A DNA stretch of 32,525 nucleotides from Candidatus Bathyarchaeota archaeon. GTDB taxonomy: Archaea; Thermoproteota; Bathyarchaeia; TCS64. Made by a program: the position numbers and the translations under genes. The DNA lies in contig JBDRQD010000060.1 in NCBI GenBank assembly GCA_043826455.1, forward strand, positions 1 through 32,525. Reading direction: 5' to 3'. Of this stretch, positions 1 through 8,282 are shown piece by piece; position 1 is the first letter of the stretch, and each line of letters opens with the position of its first letter. A model generated the notes under the pieces. That model saw only the letters and a list, made by a program, of their open reading frames with translations, was not told the DNA's origin and did no database searches.

Positions 1-1
1 A

Positions 2-394
2 CCTATTGATATAAGGCATAAAGCTATTCGTACACCTATAGTCTATAGACCAGATATCTACTTTAAATATAAAAAAAGAAATGGGTATATAATTATTGAG
101 GTTTTACACAGTCAGAATAAAGATGCTAATTTAACTTGGGCTGATGCAATTCTATCGTATTTAGTAAAAGATGTAAAACGGGTATTTTTTGTAACAACCA
201 GTACTGAAGATAAACTTGAAGATATTGAAAATGGTGTATTAAATATCTTAAAAATATTATCAAGTATGAAAACACCTAATATAGATTTTCTTCCAAAAGA
301 TGTTAGAGTATATCCCATCTCCGACGAAAAGGAACTAAATGAAAAAAATATAATGGAACAAATTAATCAATATGCAAAAGAGGATAACTGGTAG
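2..394 (+). CDS. 5'-truncated AT-rich ORF, putative PD-(D/E)xK-fold nuclease-like protein (C-terminal 130 aa)
   Basis: Frame 2 is open from the window edge to TAG at 392-394. Manual translation gives ...VYRPDIYFKYKKRNGYIIIEVLHSQ...EDNW*, a PD-x(n)-hhhE pattern. It is missing from the ORF track because the start lies outside the window. Confidence 0.6.
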   Translation, partial: PIDIRHKAIRTPIVYRPDIYFKYKKRNGYIIIEVLHSQNKDANLTWADAILSYLVKDVKRVFFVTTSTEDKLEDIENGVLNILKILSSMKTPNIDFLPKDVRVYPISDEKELNEKNIMEQINQYAKEDNW

Positions 395-636
395 TTTCCC
401 GTAGATTCATTTCCTCTTTTCTATTAGCTTCGCAGTAATGTGAGTTCGCTCAGAAGTACATCTTCTTAGTCTTGTTATTTCATTCGCTAGAGCATACGTA
501 ATTCTCAATCAGAGGAATTATCTATTACCTTATCCCTACTCAGCTCTTTGAAGCAGAGTACGTTTGTGAGCATACATTCAGATTTTTTATTGAGTAGAGT
601 CTTTATAATCCCCTTATTTATTGGTGGAAAGCTGAA

Positions 637-700
637 TGGTAGCGGGGAGGTAGATTTGAGCTACCGACATTGGGGTTATGAGCCCCATGGGTTAACCTGG
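637..700 (-). pseudogene. tRNA-iMet(CAT) 3' fragment (about positions 16-76), degenerate
   Basis: The minus strand reads CCAGGTTAACCC-A-TGGGG-CTCATAA-CCCCA-ATGTC-GGTAG-CTCAAAT-CTACC-TCCCCGCT-A-CCA. It has a perfect anticodon arm with the initiator GGG/CCC pairs and a CCGCT-A-CCA end. The 5' acceptor strand is absent, the T-loop starts CTC rather than TTC, and the acceptor strand has one extra nucleotide. Confidence 0.8.
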
Positions 701-759
701 ATGCTCCCAGTGATAGCGCAGCATCAAAGAAATACCGGTTATATTAATCAAGTCTCAGC

Positions 760-1037
760 CTAGGATTTCTTGTACACCCTCTTCCGGGTATCCAGGTGAG
801 TCACGTATATTGTGCTCTCTTCCTTATCAACGGCGAATATGATCCTGTACCTGCCCACCCTGACCCTGAACGCCTTGTCTGCCCCTCTTATGACTGCGAC
901 ATCCATCTCCCGGAGAGAAACCGGGTACCCCTCAAGGCTCTCCATCGCCTCTATGAGGCTTGCCTCTGCCCCTCATCATCAAGGCCGTTCAGAAACCTGA
1001 GAACTCTACGATGCGCGACCACCCCGTACCTAGGCAC
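760..1037 (-). pseudogene. relE: RelE/ParE-family toxin, frameshifted
   Basis: The C-terminal ORF 760-945 has the RelE motif FRVRVGRYRIIF...RKRVYK. The N-terminal part MPRYGVVAHRRVLRFLNGLDDEGQRQ starts at GTG 1037, overlaps the antitoxin stop, and lies in another frame (1-nt deletion near 960). Confidence 0.75.
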
Positions 1038-1254
1038 CTTTGAGCGCCTCAAGGGTCACGTAGTTCCCTTTCCTCATTTCCTCCACCGAGGACCGGATCT
1101 CCTTCAGCTTCTCCTCGCTGAGTTTGACGCCGGGTAATCCCATGATTATTATCTCTTCGATCACCCTCTCGATGACGCTCAGTCTCTCGTTCACCTTTCT
1201 CACTTCATCGTAGATGGCTTCGAGGGTCGGCTGGTCAACCAACTTCTTCGTCAA
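1030..1254 (-). CDS. Putative type II antitoxin (archaeal RelB-like), 74 aa
   Basis: Small charged helical protein ending EEMRKGNYVTLEAL, directly upstream of and overlapping the RelE-like gene. Confidence 0.7.
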   Translation of the reverse strand: MTKKLVDQPTLEAIYDEVRKVNERLSVIERVIEEIIIMGLPGVKLSEEKLKEIRSSVEEMRKGNYVTLEALKGA

Positions 1255-1645
1255 CTACAACCCTCCGGGGTTCATACTCCTTTCTTTGCAGTAAACTAAA
1301 TGAATGTAAAATATGGTTGAGGACCTGATTTACCTTCACAGATATGAGATACCGTGAAGGTCACCCACGCATGCACCCGGCATAACTACGTCACCGATAC
1401 TCACCGCCACTACCCCCCGTTACCATCCCCCGGCGGACAACCAGCACACCGCGGACACCGCCAACCACCGCCGCCACCAAAGAACCCCTGAAAAGCCTCC
1501 AAAACAAAAAACAACCCAGAAAACCGGGAACCGCGGCGGTGGCGGCGGGCCCCCCCTCCCCCCAAGCGCACACACAGAAACCTAACGTTAAAGAGAGTGT
1601 TTCAAACCACCGAACTTACCCATCTACTAAAGACACGCCCAGCAG

Positions 1646-1933
1646 CTACTCCTGGACGTCCACGGAGACAGGCCGCCCCCTCTCAAACACCACCCTCAGG
1701 CCCCTGAACGCCACCTCAAATATCCTGATCTTACCATACCTCTTCTCCCTGAGCAGACCCAGCCTCTGAAGCTTCACAAGGTGCCTCTCCACGCTCGTAT
1801 AGTTGAGGCCCGTGCGGCGACTCACCTCACTAATATTAAGCTCCCCGCTCTCCGACAGCACCTGCAGCACCCTGACCCTGCCCTTGCTGCCCAGTATCTC
1901 CTCGGCCCTGAGGTCCGGCTTACCTCTGCTCAA
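1646..1933 (-). CDS. ArsR-like winged HTH transcriptional regulator
   Basis: RVRVLQVL...LNISEVSRRTGLNYTSVERHLVKLQRLGLL wHTH pattern; overlaps the 3' end of cdc6. Confidence 0.85.
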   Translation of the reverse strand: MSRGKPDLRAEEILGSKGRVRVLQVLSESGELNISEVSRRTGLNYTSVERHLVKLQRLGLLREKRYGKIRIFEVAFRGLRVVFERGRPVSVDVQE

Positions 1934-3092
1934 TGATCTGCTTCACCTCCCTCTCCAGGCTCCTGGCCGGCACCCGCTCCAGGCTAATGAACTGGGTGCG
2001 GCCCATGCTGCTGGCCTGAAGCTTCACGTTGACAAAGTCCAGGCCGCTCAGGTTCTTCAGGTACTTCCAGTACTGGGTGTGGGCCCTGGGGGCCTCACCG
2101 TACTCCTCGCAGGCCAGCCGGTACGCCTCCTCTATCTCCCCGGTGGTGCCGTGGGTGACGCTGTGGGCCTGGAAGAACCTGGCCACCCCCAGGAGCACCA
2201 GCTGCTCGTGGAGGCTGAGCTGACGGACGGTCTCCTTCTTCAGTGTCTGGAAGACCCCCATGGCTGCCTCCCTCACGTGCTCAGGCATTATCTGGGGGGC
2301 CTGGCTGGTCTCGGCCATCTTCCCCGACCCGTGGAGGACGTCTATGGCGTACCTGGCGTCGCCGTGCTCCTTGACGGCCAGCTCGGATATGAAGTCCACT
2401 ATCTCGGGGGGAACCGCGTCCCTCCTGAAGGCCCGCTCCACCCTGTACGCCAGTATATCAGTTATCTGGCCCCTCTCGTACTCGGGCAGCCTTATGACGT
2501 TGCGCTGGAGGCTGCTGAGGGTGCTCCTGTCCAGCTTGGCGAAGACCTCAGGGTCCTTGCTGATGAGTATGAGGCTGAGGCGGCGGGCCTCCTCCGGCTC
2601 AGCCTCGTGGAACCTGGTGAGGTAGTACAGGGCGTCGCTTCCCTCGTTCTCTATGAGCACATCCACCTCGTCCAGGCAGAGTAGGACCTGGGAGTTGTCC
2701 TCCTCCATGATCTGCCTCATGATGTTCATGAGCTCGTTGGCCGCGTAGCCCCTCTCCGGGAACTCGGGGCGGAGCCGCTTGACGGCGCGGCTCAGGATCA
2801 TGAAGAGGCTACCCCGGAGCTCCCGGCAGTTCAGGTGGATGTGGGTGAGCTTCACCCGGCGCTGGGCCGCCTTCTCCCGGAGCCTCCTGCCGTAGTACTG
2901 GGCAAGGAGGGTCTTGCCGCTGCCCACGCCGCCCACGACGACGGCTTTCTGGCTCACCTCGTAGGGGGTCGAGACCATGTGGTCGAAGAGGGCCTCCAGC
3001 ATCCTGTACTGGTCCTCCCGGTGGAGGATGGCGTCGGGTATGTAGTTTATGTCGAGGATCGCCTCGTCGATGAAGATGTCTCGGTGCGCCAT
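1920..3092 (-). CDS. cdc6: Orc1/Cdc6 replication initiator (AAA+ with C-terminal wHTH)
   Basis: YIPDAILHRE N-terminal motif, Walker A GGVGSGKT, Walker B LCLDEVD, GDARYAID, and a C-terminal winged helix with a GRT wing. Confidence 0.95.
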   Translation of the reverse strand: MAHRDIFIDEAILDINYIPDAILHREDQYRMLEALFDHMVSTPYEVSQKAVVVGGVGSGKTLLAQYYGRRLREKAAQRRVKLTHIHLNCRELRGSLFMILSRAVKRLRPEFPERGYAANELMNIMRQIMEEDNSQVLLCLDEVDVLIENEGSDALYYLTRFHEAEPEEARRLSLILISKDPEVFAKLDRSTLSSLQRNVIRLPEYERGQITDILAYRVERAFRRDAVPPEIVDFISELAVKEHGDARYAIDVLHGSGKMAETSQAPQIMPEHVREAAMGVFQTLKKETVRQLSLHEQLVLLGVARFFQAHSVTHGTTGEIEEAYRLACEEYGEAPRAHTQYWKYLKNLSGLDFVNVKLQASSMGRTQFISLERVPARSLEREVKQIIEQR

Positions 3093-3179
3093 CTAACCCC
3101 GTTTCTGGGTCGGAGTTTGGGGATTTATGCATTTCGTAGGTTCTAACCAACTGTTAGTGGAGGGGTGAGTGAAAGTGGC

Positions 3180-4211
3180 TCAGGTGTGCTCCCCCAGCAC
3201 CCTGTACAGCTCATCCTGGCCCACGCAGTCCACAGACACCACTGAGCCATCCGCCCCAACCATGAAACGCTCCAAGCCCTTCGTCATCTCCCCGATCACC
3301 CGCGCCTCAACTCCTACGCTTTCCAGGGCTGACAGAGCCGCCTCCGCCCTCGACGAGTCCACGGTGATCAGCAGGGCCCCGCTGCTGAGAAGCCTGAGCG
3401 GGTCCACGGACAGGGCCCCGCATATGGCCAGGGTCTCCGGGGCCACCAGGAGGTCCTTCTCGAATATCTTGAAGCCTAGCCTAGACGCCTCGGACACCTC
3501 CAGAAGCCCATTGAGGACGCCGCCCTCAGTGGGCGTATGGATGCTGTGGACGCCCTTGATTTTGCTGACCGCCAGCGCCTCCGGGACCACGCTCACCTGT
3601 CTGAGCATATCCGCGGCCTTCTCCAGAGTCCCCTCATCCACGCTACCTGCCAGCCTGTCCCTGAGGTCCACAGCCAGTATCCCGGTGCCCTCGACGCCCG
3701 CACCCTTAGACAGAATGATCTTATCACCGGCCCGGGCCCCACCCGTAGTGATGTAGCTGCCCTTCTCAGCCTCCCCCAGCATGAACCCCGAGACGATGGG
3801 TCGGGTCAGCCCTGGGGCTACCTCGGTGTGACCCCCCATGACGCACACCCCCAGCTCGCAGCACGCCTCATGTTGCTCCCTCATGATGGTCTCCAGAAGG
3901 CTCTCATGCGCCCCCTCCGGGAGCAGAACGACGCTCATGTACCACCTGGGCTCAGCGCCCCTTACCGCCACGTCGTTGGCGTTGATGTGGACGGCCAGCC
4001 ACCCGATCCTCGACTCGGCCCCTGTAATGGGGTTGGCCTTGGCCACCAGAACCCTGTCCCCCATGTCCAGAACCGCCGAGTCCTCTCCAATGTGGGGCCC
4101 CTTGAGGACCCGGCCGCTGGGCACCCCCAGGCACGTGAATACAAGCCTCTTCAGCACGTCCTTGGGTACCTTACCTGTGGGTAGGCTGCCTGCCAATGTC
4201 ATCTCCACCAT
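3180..4211 (-). CDS. AIR synthase/PurM-like family protein (HypE-related, lacking the C-terminal Cys)
   Basis: GEDSAV, HINANDVA, GGHTEV, GARAGD and PTEGG motifs; ends QDELYRVLGEHT. Confidence 0.85.
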   Translation of the reverse strand: MVEMTLAGSLPTGKVPKDVLKRLVFTCLGVPSGRVLKGPHIGEDSAVLDMGDRVLVAKANPITGAESRIGWLAVHINANDVAVRGAEPRWYMSVVLLPEGAHESLLETIMREQHEACCELGVCVMGGHTEVAPGLTRPIVSGFMLGEAEKGSYITTGGARAGDKIILSKGAGVEGTGILAVDLRDRLAGSVDEGTLEKAADMLRQVSVVPEALAVSKIKGVHSIHTPTEGGVLNGLLEVSEASRLGFKIFEKDLLVAPETLAICGALSVDPLRLLSSGALLITVDSSRAEAALSALESVGVEARVIGEMTKGLERFMVGADGSVVSVDCVGQDELYRVLGEHT

Positions 4212-4244
4212 TGATTCGTCCTCGTGTGCTTATGGTTTTTCTGG

Positions 4245-5078
4245 CTACTTGACGCAGGTTACGCCCATGACCTGGGGGTGGTACCGGGTAGAGCTGAACC
4301 CGGCCTCCCGGAGCCGCCTAGACACGCCCCTCTGCAGATTGACGCCTCTGTACCTGGACCGGGGCTCACCAGTGTAGTGGAACATCTTGCTGCCGGGCGC
4401 CATGAGCCTGTGGAGCCTCCTGTAGTAGTCCAGCCCGTAGAGGTGTCCGGCGTGGTCGTGACGCGGCGGGTCGTGGATAACGTAGTCGAAGAAGGACTCG
4501 GGGAAAATGCTGGACACCGTGTACGTGTCCCCCATGACCTTGTGGATAGTCTCATCCGTGAAGAGGGGCGCGGACCACGGGTTCATCAGGGCTATCCTCA
4601 CAACCTGGGGCTCCAGCTCCACAGTCACCACCAGCTCTGCACCTCTCCGCGCCGACTCGATGGCCGTGTACCCCAGCCCCATACACGTGTCCAGGACCCT
4701 ACCCCCATCCAGCCCGAGAACTTCCAGCTTGGCCCTCGTGTCCTGGTCCGGAGTCGTCCCGCTGGTCCTGTGCATCCTGACGCCGTCTATCTCCAGGGTC
4801 GGGGCCCGACCCGTTGGAACAAGCTTATAAAAGTGTTTCCCCGCCACGGCCACCTGGAAGACGCCCCCGCTTTCGACGAAGTAGGCCGAGTTCTCCTTTT
4901 CAGATATTTTTTTCATAGCCTTTCTGCCGACAGTTTCGCCTTCGGGGAGAGTCCACCCTGTTTTCGTCGGATTTATCGTCGTTTCGGTCAAGCCCAGGTC
5001 GAGGCTAACCCTGGTTTTCCCCTCCAGAAGCGTTTTTGCCGTATCAGGCGTTATGATGGGCGGTACCCTGTGAAGCAT
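4245..5078 (-). CDS. Predicted archaeal SAM-dependent methyltransferase (COG2521-like)
   Basis: PTLEIDGVRMH, VLDTCMGLGYTA (SAM motif I) and IHDPPR. Confidence 0.85.
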   Translation of the reverse strand: MLHRVPPIITPDTAKTLLEGKTRVSLDLGLTETTINPTKTGWTLPEGETVGRKAMKKISEKENSAYFVESGGVFQVAVAGKHFYKLVPTGRAPTLEIDGVRMHRTSGTTPDQDTRAKLEVLGLDGGRVLDTCMGLGYTAIESARRGAELVVTVELEPQVVRIALMNPWSAPLFTDETIHKVMGDTYTVSSIFPESFFDYVIHDPPRHDHAGHLYGLDYYRRLHRLMAPGSKMFHYTGEPRSRYRGVNLQRGVSRRLREAGFSSTRYHPQVMGVTCVK

Positions 5079-5346
5079 GTCTCAGCGTTTTTCCATCGAT
5101 TGTGGCGTTTCTTAAGGTTTTACATCGCCAACGGGGCCTGTGGCCCATTTTTTATAGCGGGTGAAACGTTTTCCTGCTTCGAGTTTTATGTTCAGAAATA
5201 AATATTCTCAACCTGTAACAACAATATGGATTAAGGGTGTTAAGTTACAGGCTCATTCTCGCCGGGTTTTATACCTTTAAATTAAACCAGGTTGGTGCCT
5301 CTAGGAACCCTTATATTGGTTATTTCGCCGTTGCTTCCCGAATGCT

Positions 5347-5616
5347 ATGGCTTCCGATGAGAAACAGAACGGCCTGAAGGGCATCGTGAAGGACGTCATC
5401 GACCAGATCCTTCCCCCCAGCGAGGTCGAGCTGGAAACCATCAAGGAGGAGATATGGGCGGACCTCTCCGCCCTGTACTACAAGTATGAGGACGAGGAGC
5501 AGAAGAAGGCCTTCAGGGAGGTCATGCTGGACATATGCGAGAAGCTGAGCCTGGGTAAGTGGGACGCCGTGTATGGGAAGCTTTACCGGGCTGAGCAGAA
5601 GGACAAGGCTTTCTAG
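5347..5616 (+). CDS. Hypothetical helical protein, 89 aa
   Basis: Host-like codon usage, ATG start, TATA-like CTTATATT about 35 nt upstream. Confidence 0.75.
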   Translation: MASDEKQNGLKGIVKDVIDQILPPSEVELETIKEEIWADLSALYYKYEDEEQKKAFREVMLDICEKLSLGKWDAVYGKLYRAEQKDKAF

Positions 5617-5849
5617 TATCCTGCGCGCCGACTGTCTCCATTAAACATCTCTGTCACCTTTTCAATCTTGATCCGGCGACAAATGTGAATGTTTAAAAAG
5701 AAATGAACGTATACACCAAGCGGTAAGACTCGCTGGTTTCATTGCGTTTCCCACCAATTACACCACGAGTCTTACCACCATGATCACACCACCGGGCGAC
5801 CATCATTAACTGATTGTAACCCTCTACAAGGCCCCCAGAGAAGAGGGTT

Positions 5850-6164
5850 CTAGACGTAAACCTCGTTCCAGGGGGGAAGATAGAACTCGAAGTAGAGAAC
5901 CTTACCGTACTCGGTGTCGTCGTAGCCGGCCGCGGATACGTTCAGCATGCATGCCTTGGTCACCACCCTCAGCACGTCCTCCTGGCTCGCAGCCTTCGGC
6001 TCCCCTACGAGCATCTTCAGGGCGGCCCCCTCCAACCTGATGCCCACGATGTCCACGACCCGGTCCAGCCGCTCTATGAAGTCGGCCAGGTACTCGCCCT
6101 CGAAGGTGAGGTTGGTGCCCACGCCCCTGATCCTGTCCACCGTCTGCCTGACCTCGTCGTTCAA
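5850..6164 (-). CDS. Hypothetical protein, 104 aa
   Basis: Host-like codon usage; GGGGTGA Shine-Dalgarno before a TTG start. Confidence 0.75.
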   Translation of the reverse strand: MNDEVRQTVDRIRGVGTNLTFEGEYLADFIERLDRVVDIVGIRLEGAALKMLVGEPKAASQEDVLRVVTKACMLNVSAAGYDDTEYGKVLYFEFYLPPWNEVYV

Positions 6165-6220
6165 TGGCTTTCACCCCTTGACTGGAGGAGAGCCAGATAA
6201 CCTTTACTGGAAAAAAGGGG

Positions 6221-7507
6221 CTACTTGACCCGGGTCAGGTGCACAGAGCACGAGATGCAGGGGTCGTAGGCCCTGACCATGACCTCTATGGCGTTCTTGA
6301 TGGCAGCGTCGTCCTCAGCGACCAGGTTCCCGGCTATGACCCGGGCGTCCTTCTCTATGTTGGCCGCGTTCTGAGCCGTGGGCGTGATGATGTTCGCCTT
6401 CACTACCCTGCCCTCGCCGTCGAAGCTGTAGTCGTGGTACAGGAGGCCCCTAGGGGCCTCGATGGCGTTGATGCCTCTGGCCTCGAACACCTCGTACTCC
6501 ACGGGCTCCTCCTGCCTGAGGCCTTGGGACAGGAGCTCGTCGATGTCGTTGACAGCCCTCTGCACGTCGTGGACCAGCTCCAAGGCCTGGCACAGGTTGT
6601 TGCTGAGGGAGTTACCCGCCTTGATGAGGCCCCTGTGCTCTTTATAGAGCTCACCAGCGTCCCCGTCCATCTTTCTCCCAGAGAGCACCATCCTGGGCAG
6701 GGCACCCACCATAAAGGGGCCACCGTCGTACTTAGAGAATTTAGCGTAGGAGTGGCCCACCACCTTCTCGTTGGTCAACGACAGGTACTGCGCCTCCGGG
6801 ACCCGCTCCCCTCTGGATGTGAGTACGTGGTCGCCCATGTACCCGAACCGGGGCCCCGAGTCTATGGCCATCAACAGGTTCTCCGACTCAGCGTACTGGG
6901 GCGGCTCGACGGCTGAGAGGAGCTTCACCGCCAGCTCCGTAACCGGTATCACGCCCAGTAATTCGTTCATCACCTTCTTCAGCTGCGCCCCCGACGGAAC
7001 CCTGCTGAACCCACCGACCCCCTCGTTCATGCCGTGGACCTCCCGGCCGCTGAGAGCGGTGTGGATCATGTTTCCCACCTTCTTGAGGCGTAGAGCCATC
7101 TTCACGGCGTCCAGGTGCTCTGAGGCCATGCTTATGGCGTCCGGGTAGCCGAGGAAGTCTGGCAGGGCCAGCATGAACACGTGCAGCGCATGGCTCTCAA
7201 TGGCCTCCCCGTGGATGAGGAGGTCCCTGAGAAGCCTGGTCTGGGGGGTGACCTCAACATTGAAGGCGTTCTCTATGGCCCCTATGGAGGCAAGGCTGTG
7301 GGACGCGGTGCATATGGCGCATATGCGCCGGGTGATGTCGGGTATCTTCTCGTGGTGAACCCCCTTGATGAGGTGCTCGAAGAACCTGGGCCCCTCGAAT
7401 ATCTGGAATTTCACCGACCTGACCTTCTTCCTGCTGAGGACCACCTCGATGCCTCCGTGGCCCTCTACCCTGGTCAGTTCCTCGATACTGAGTGTCCTCG
7501 ACATCAC
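6221..7507 (-). CDS. hydA: Group 3b [NiFe]-hydrogenase large (alpha) subunit
   Basis: TRVEGHG, L1 motif RRICAIC, EAPRGLLYH, and L2 motif RAYDPCISCSVH followed by a short LTRVK extension. Confidence 0.95.
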   Translation of the reverse strand: MMSRTLSIEELTRVEGHGGIEVVLSRKKVRSVKFQIFEGPRFFEHLIKGVHHEKIPDITRRICAICTASHSLASIGAIENAFNVEVTPQTRLLRDLLIHGEAIESHALHVFMLALPDFLGYPDAISMASEHLDAVKMALRLKKVGNMIHTALSGREVHGMNEGVGGFSRVPSGAQLKKVMNELLGVIPVTELAVKLLSAVEPPQYAESENLLMAIDSGPRFGYMGDHVLTSRGERVPEAQYLSLTNEKVVGHSYAKFSKYDGGPFMVGALPRMVLSGRKMDGDAGELYKEHRGLIKAGNSLSNNLCQALELVHDVQRAVNDIDELLSQGLRQEEPVEYEVFEARGINAIEAPRGLLYHDYSFDGEGRVVKANIITPTAQNAANIEKDARVIAGNLVAEDDAAIKNAIEVMVRAYDPCISCSVHLTRVK

Positions 7508-8271
7508 TCCGCGCCCTCCATTAGGTCCTCAGGCAGCTTACCGCTGAACACCTTGAGCCTGTTCATAATGTACTCCCGCGTGTAACCCTTGTCCAGAAGC
7601 ATCTTCAGCTCCGCCGCGTAGTTGCCTCCCCCCTCTATAGGCCCCCGGCAACCTATGCAGTCCAGGCCCAGGCCCGGGCACCGAGCCTTGCAGCCGGCCC
7701 TGACTACTGGGCCCAGGCAGGGCTTGTTCTCCTCCAGTATCAGGCACGGGTACTCCAGAAGCTTGCACTCCACGCACACCGGGTAGGCGTACCTTGGGGG
7801 GCTGTCCCCGTGCAGGAGGCTGGTTATGCCCCTGAGAACCTCGTCCTTCTCCACCGGGCAACCCGGTATGCTGTGGTCCACCTTGACGTAGGCCTCCAGG
7901 GGCCTGGGCTCCAAGGCAGCGGTGACCGTCACCTTGACGCCGTACACCTCCTTCATCCTCTCCTCCAGGGTGGTCTCCTCGTTCCTCATGGCCTGGACGC
8001 AGCCCTCCGTGGCGCAGTTGCCCAGAGCCACCAGGACGCTGGCCCTCTCCCTTATGTCCCGCAGGTGGTGGAGGTCCCTCTCCGTGGACACGGTTCCCTC
8101 GACGAAGGCGATGTCCAGGGGCCCCTTTTCTTTGCGGCTGCTGCCCTCCTGGAAGTCCACGATGTTGAGCCGGGCCACAAGGTCCAGGAGCTCGTCCTCC
8201 ATGTTGAGTATCTGGAGCTGGTCTCCACCGCAACCCGTTAAGCCGAATATCCCTACTCTCGGTTTAGCCAT
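7504..8271 (-). CDS. hydD: Group 3b [NiFe]-hydrogenase small (delta) subunit, 255 aa
   Basis: The true start is ATG 8271 (MAKPRVGIFGLTGCGGDQLQ) with a GGAGG SD. Motifs: FVEG, GNCA, PGCP, VCVEC and CLGP-GC-CP-CIGCRG. Confidence 0.93.
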   Translation of the reverse strand: MAKPRVGIFGLTGCGGDQLQILNMEDELLDLVARLNIVDFQEGSSRKEKGPLDIAFVEGTVSTERDLHHLRDIRERASVLVALGNCATEGCVQAMRNEETTLEERMKEVYGVKVTVTAALEPRPLEAYVKVDHSIPGCPVEKDEVLRGITSLLHGDSPPRYAYPVCVECKLLEYPCLILEENKPCLGPVVRAGCKARCPGLGLDCIGCRGPIEGGGNYAAELKMLLDKGYTREYIMNRLKVFSGKLPEDLMEGAE

Positions 8272-8282
8272 CTCAGTGCCTC

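Noticed and set aside
112..318. 68-aa minus-strand ORF
   Set aside because: Antisense shadow of the longer, protein-like plus-strand frame 2-394.
637..700. Intact or cis-intron-containing tRNA-Met
   Set aside because: No 5' acceptor/D-stem exon was found upstream, nor downstream as a permuted gene would require.
548..763. 71-aa plus-strand ORF
   Set aside because: Runs antisense through the tRNA fragment and has no protein motif.
3180..4211. HypE hydrogenase maturation factor
   Set aside because: Lacks the essential C-terminal PRxC cysteine; it is a PurM-fold paralogue despite lying near the hydrogenase.
5850..6164. Hydrogenase maturation protease downstream of hydA
   Set aside because: No GxGN...DDG motif and too short; it is separated from hydA by a T-run and seems to have its own promoter.
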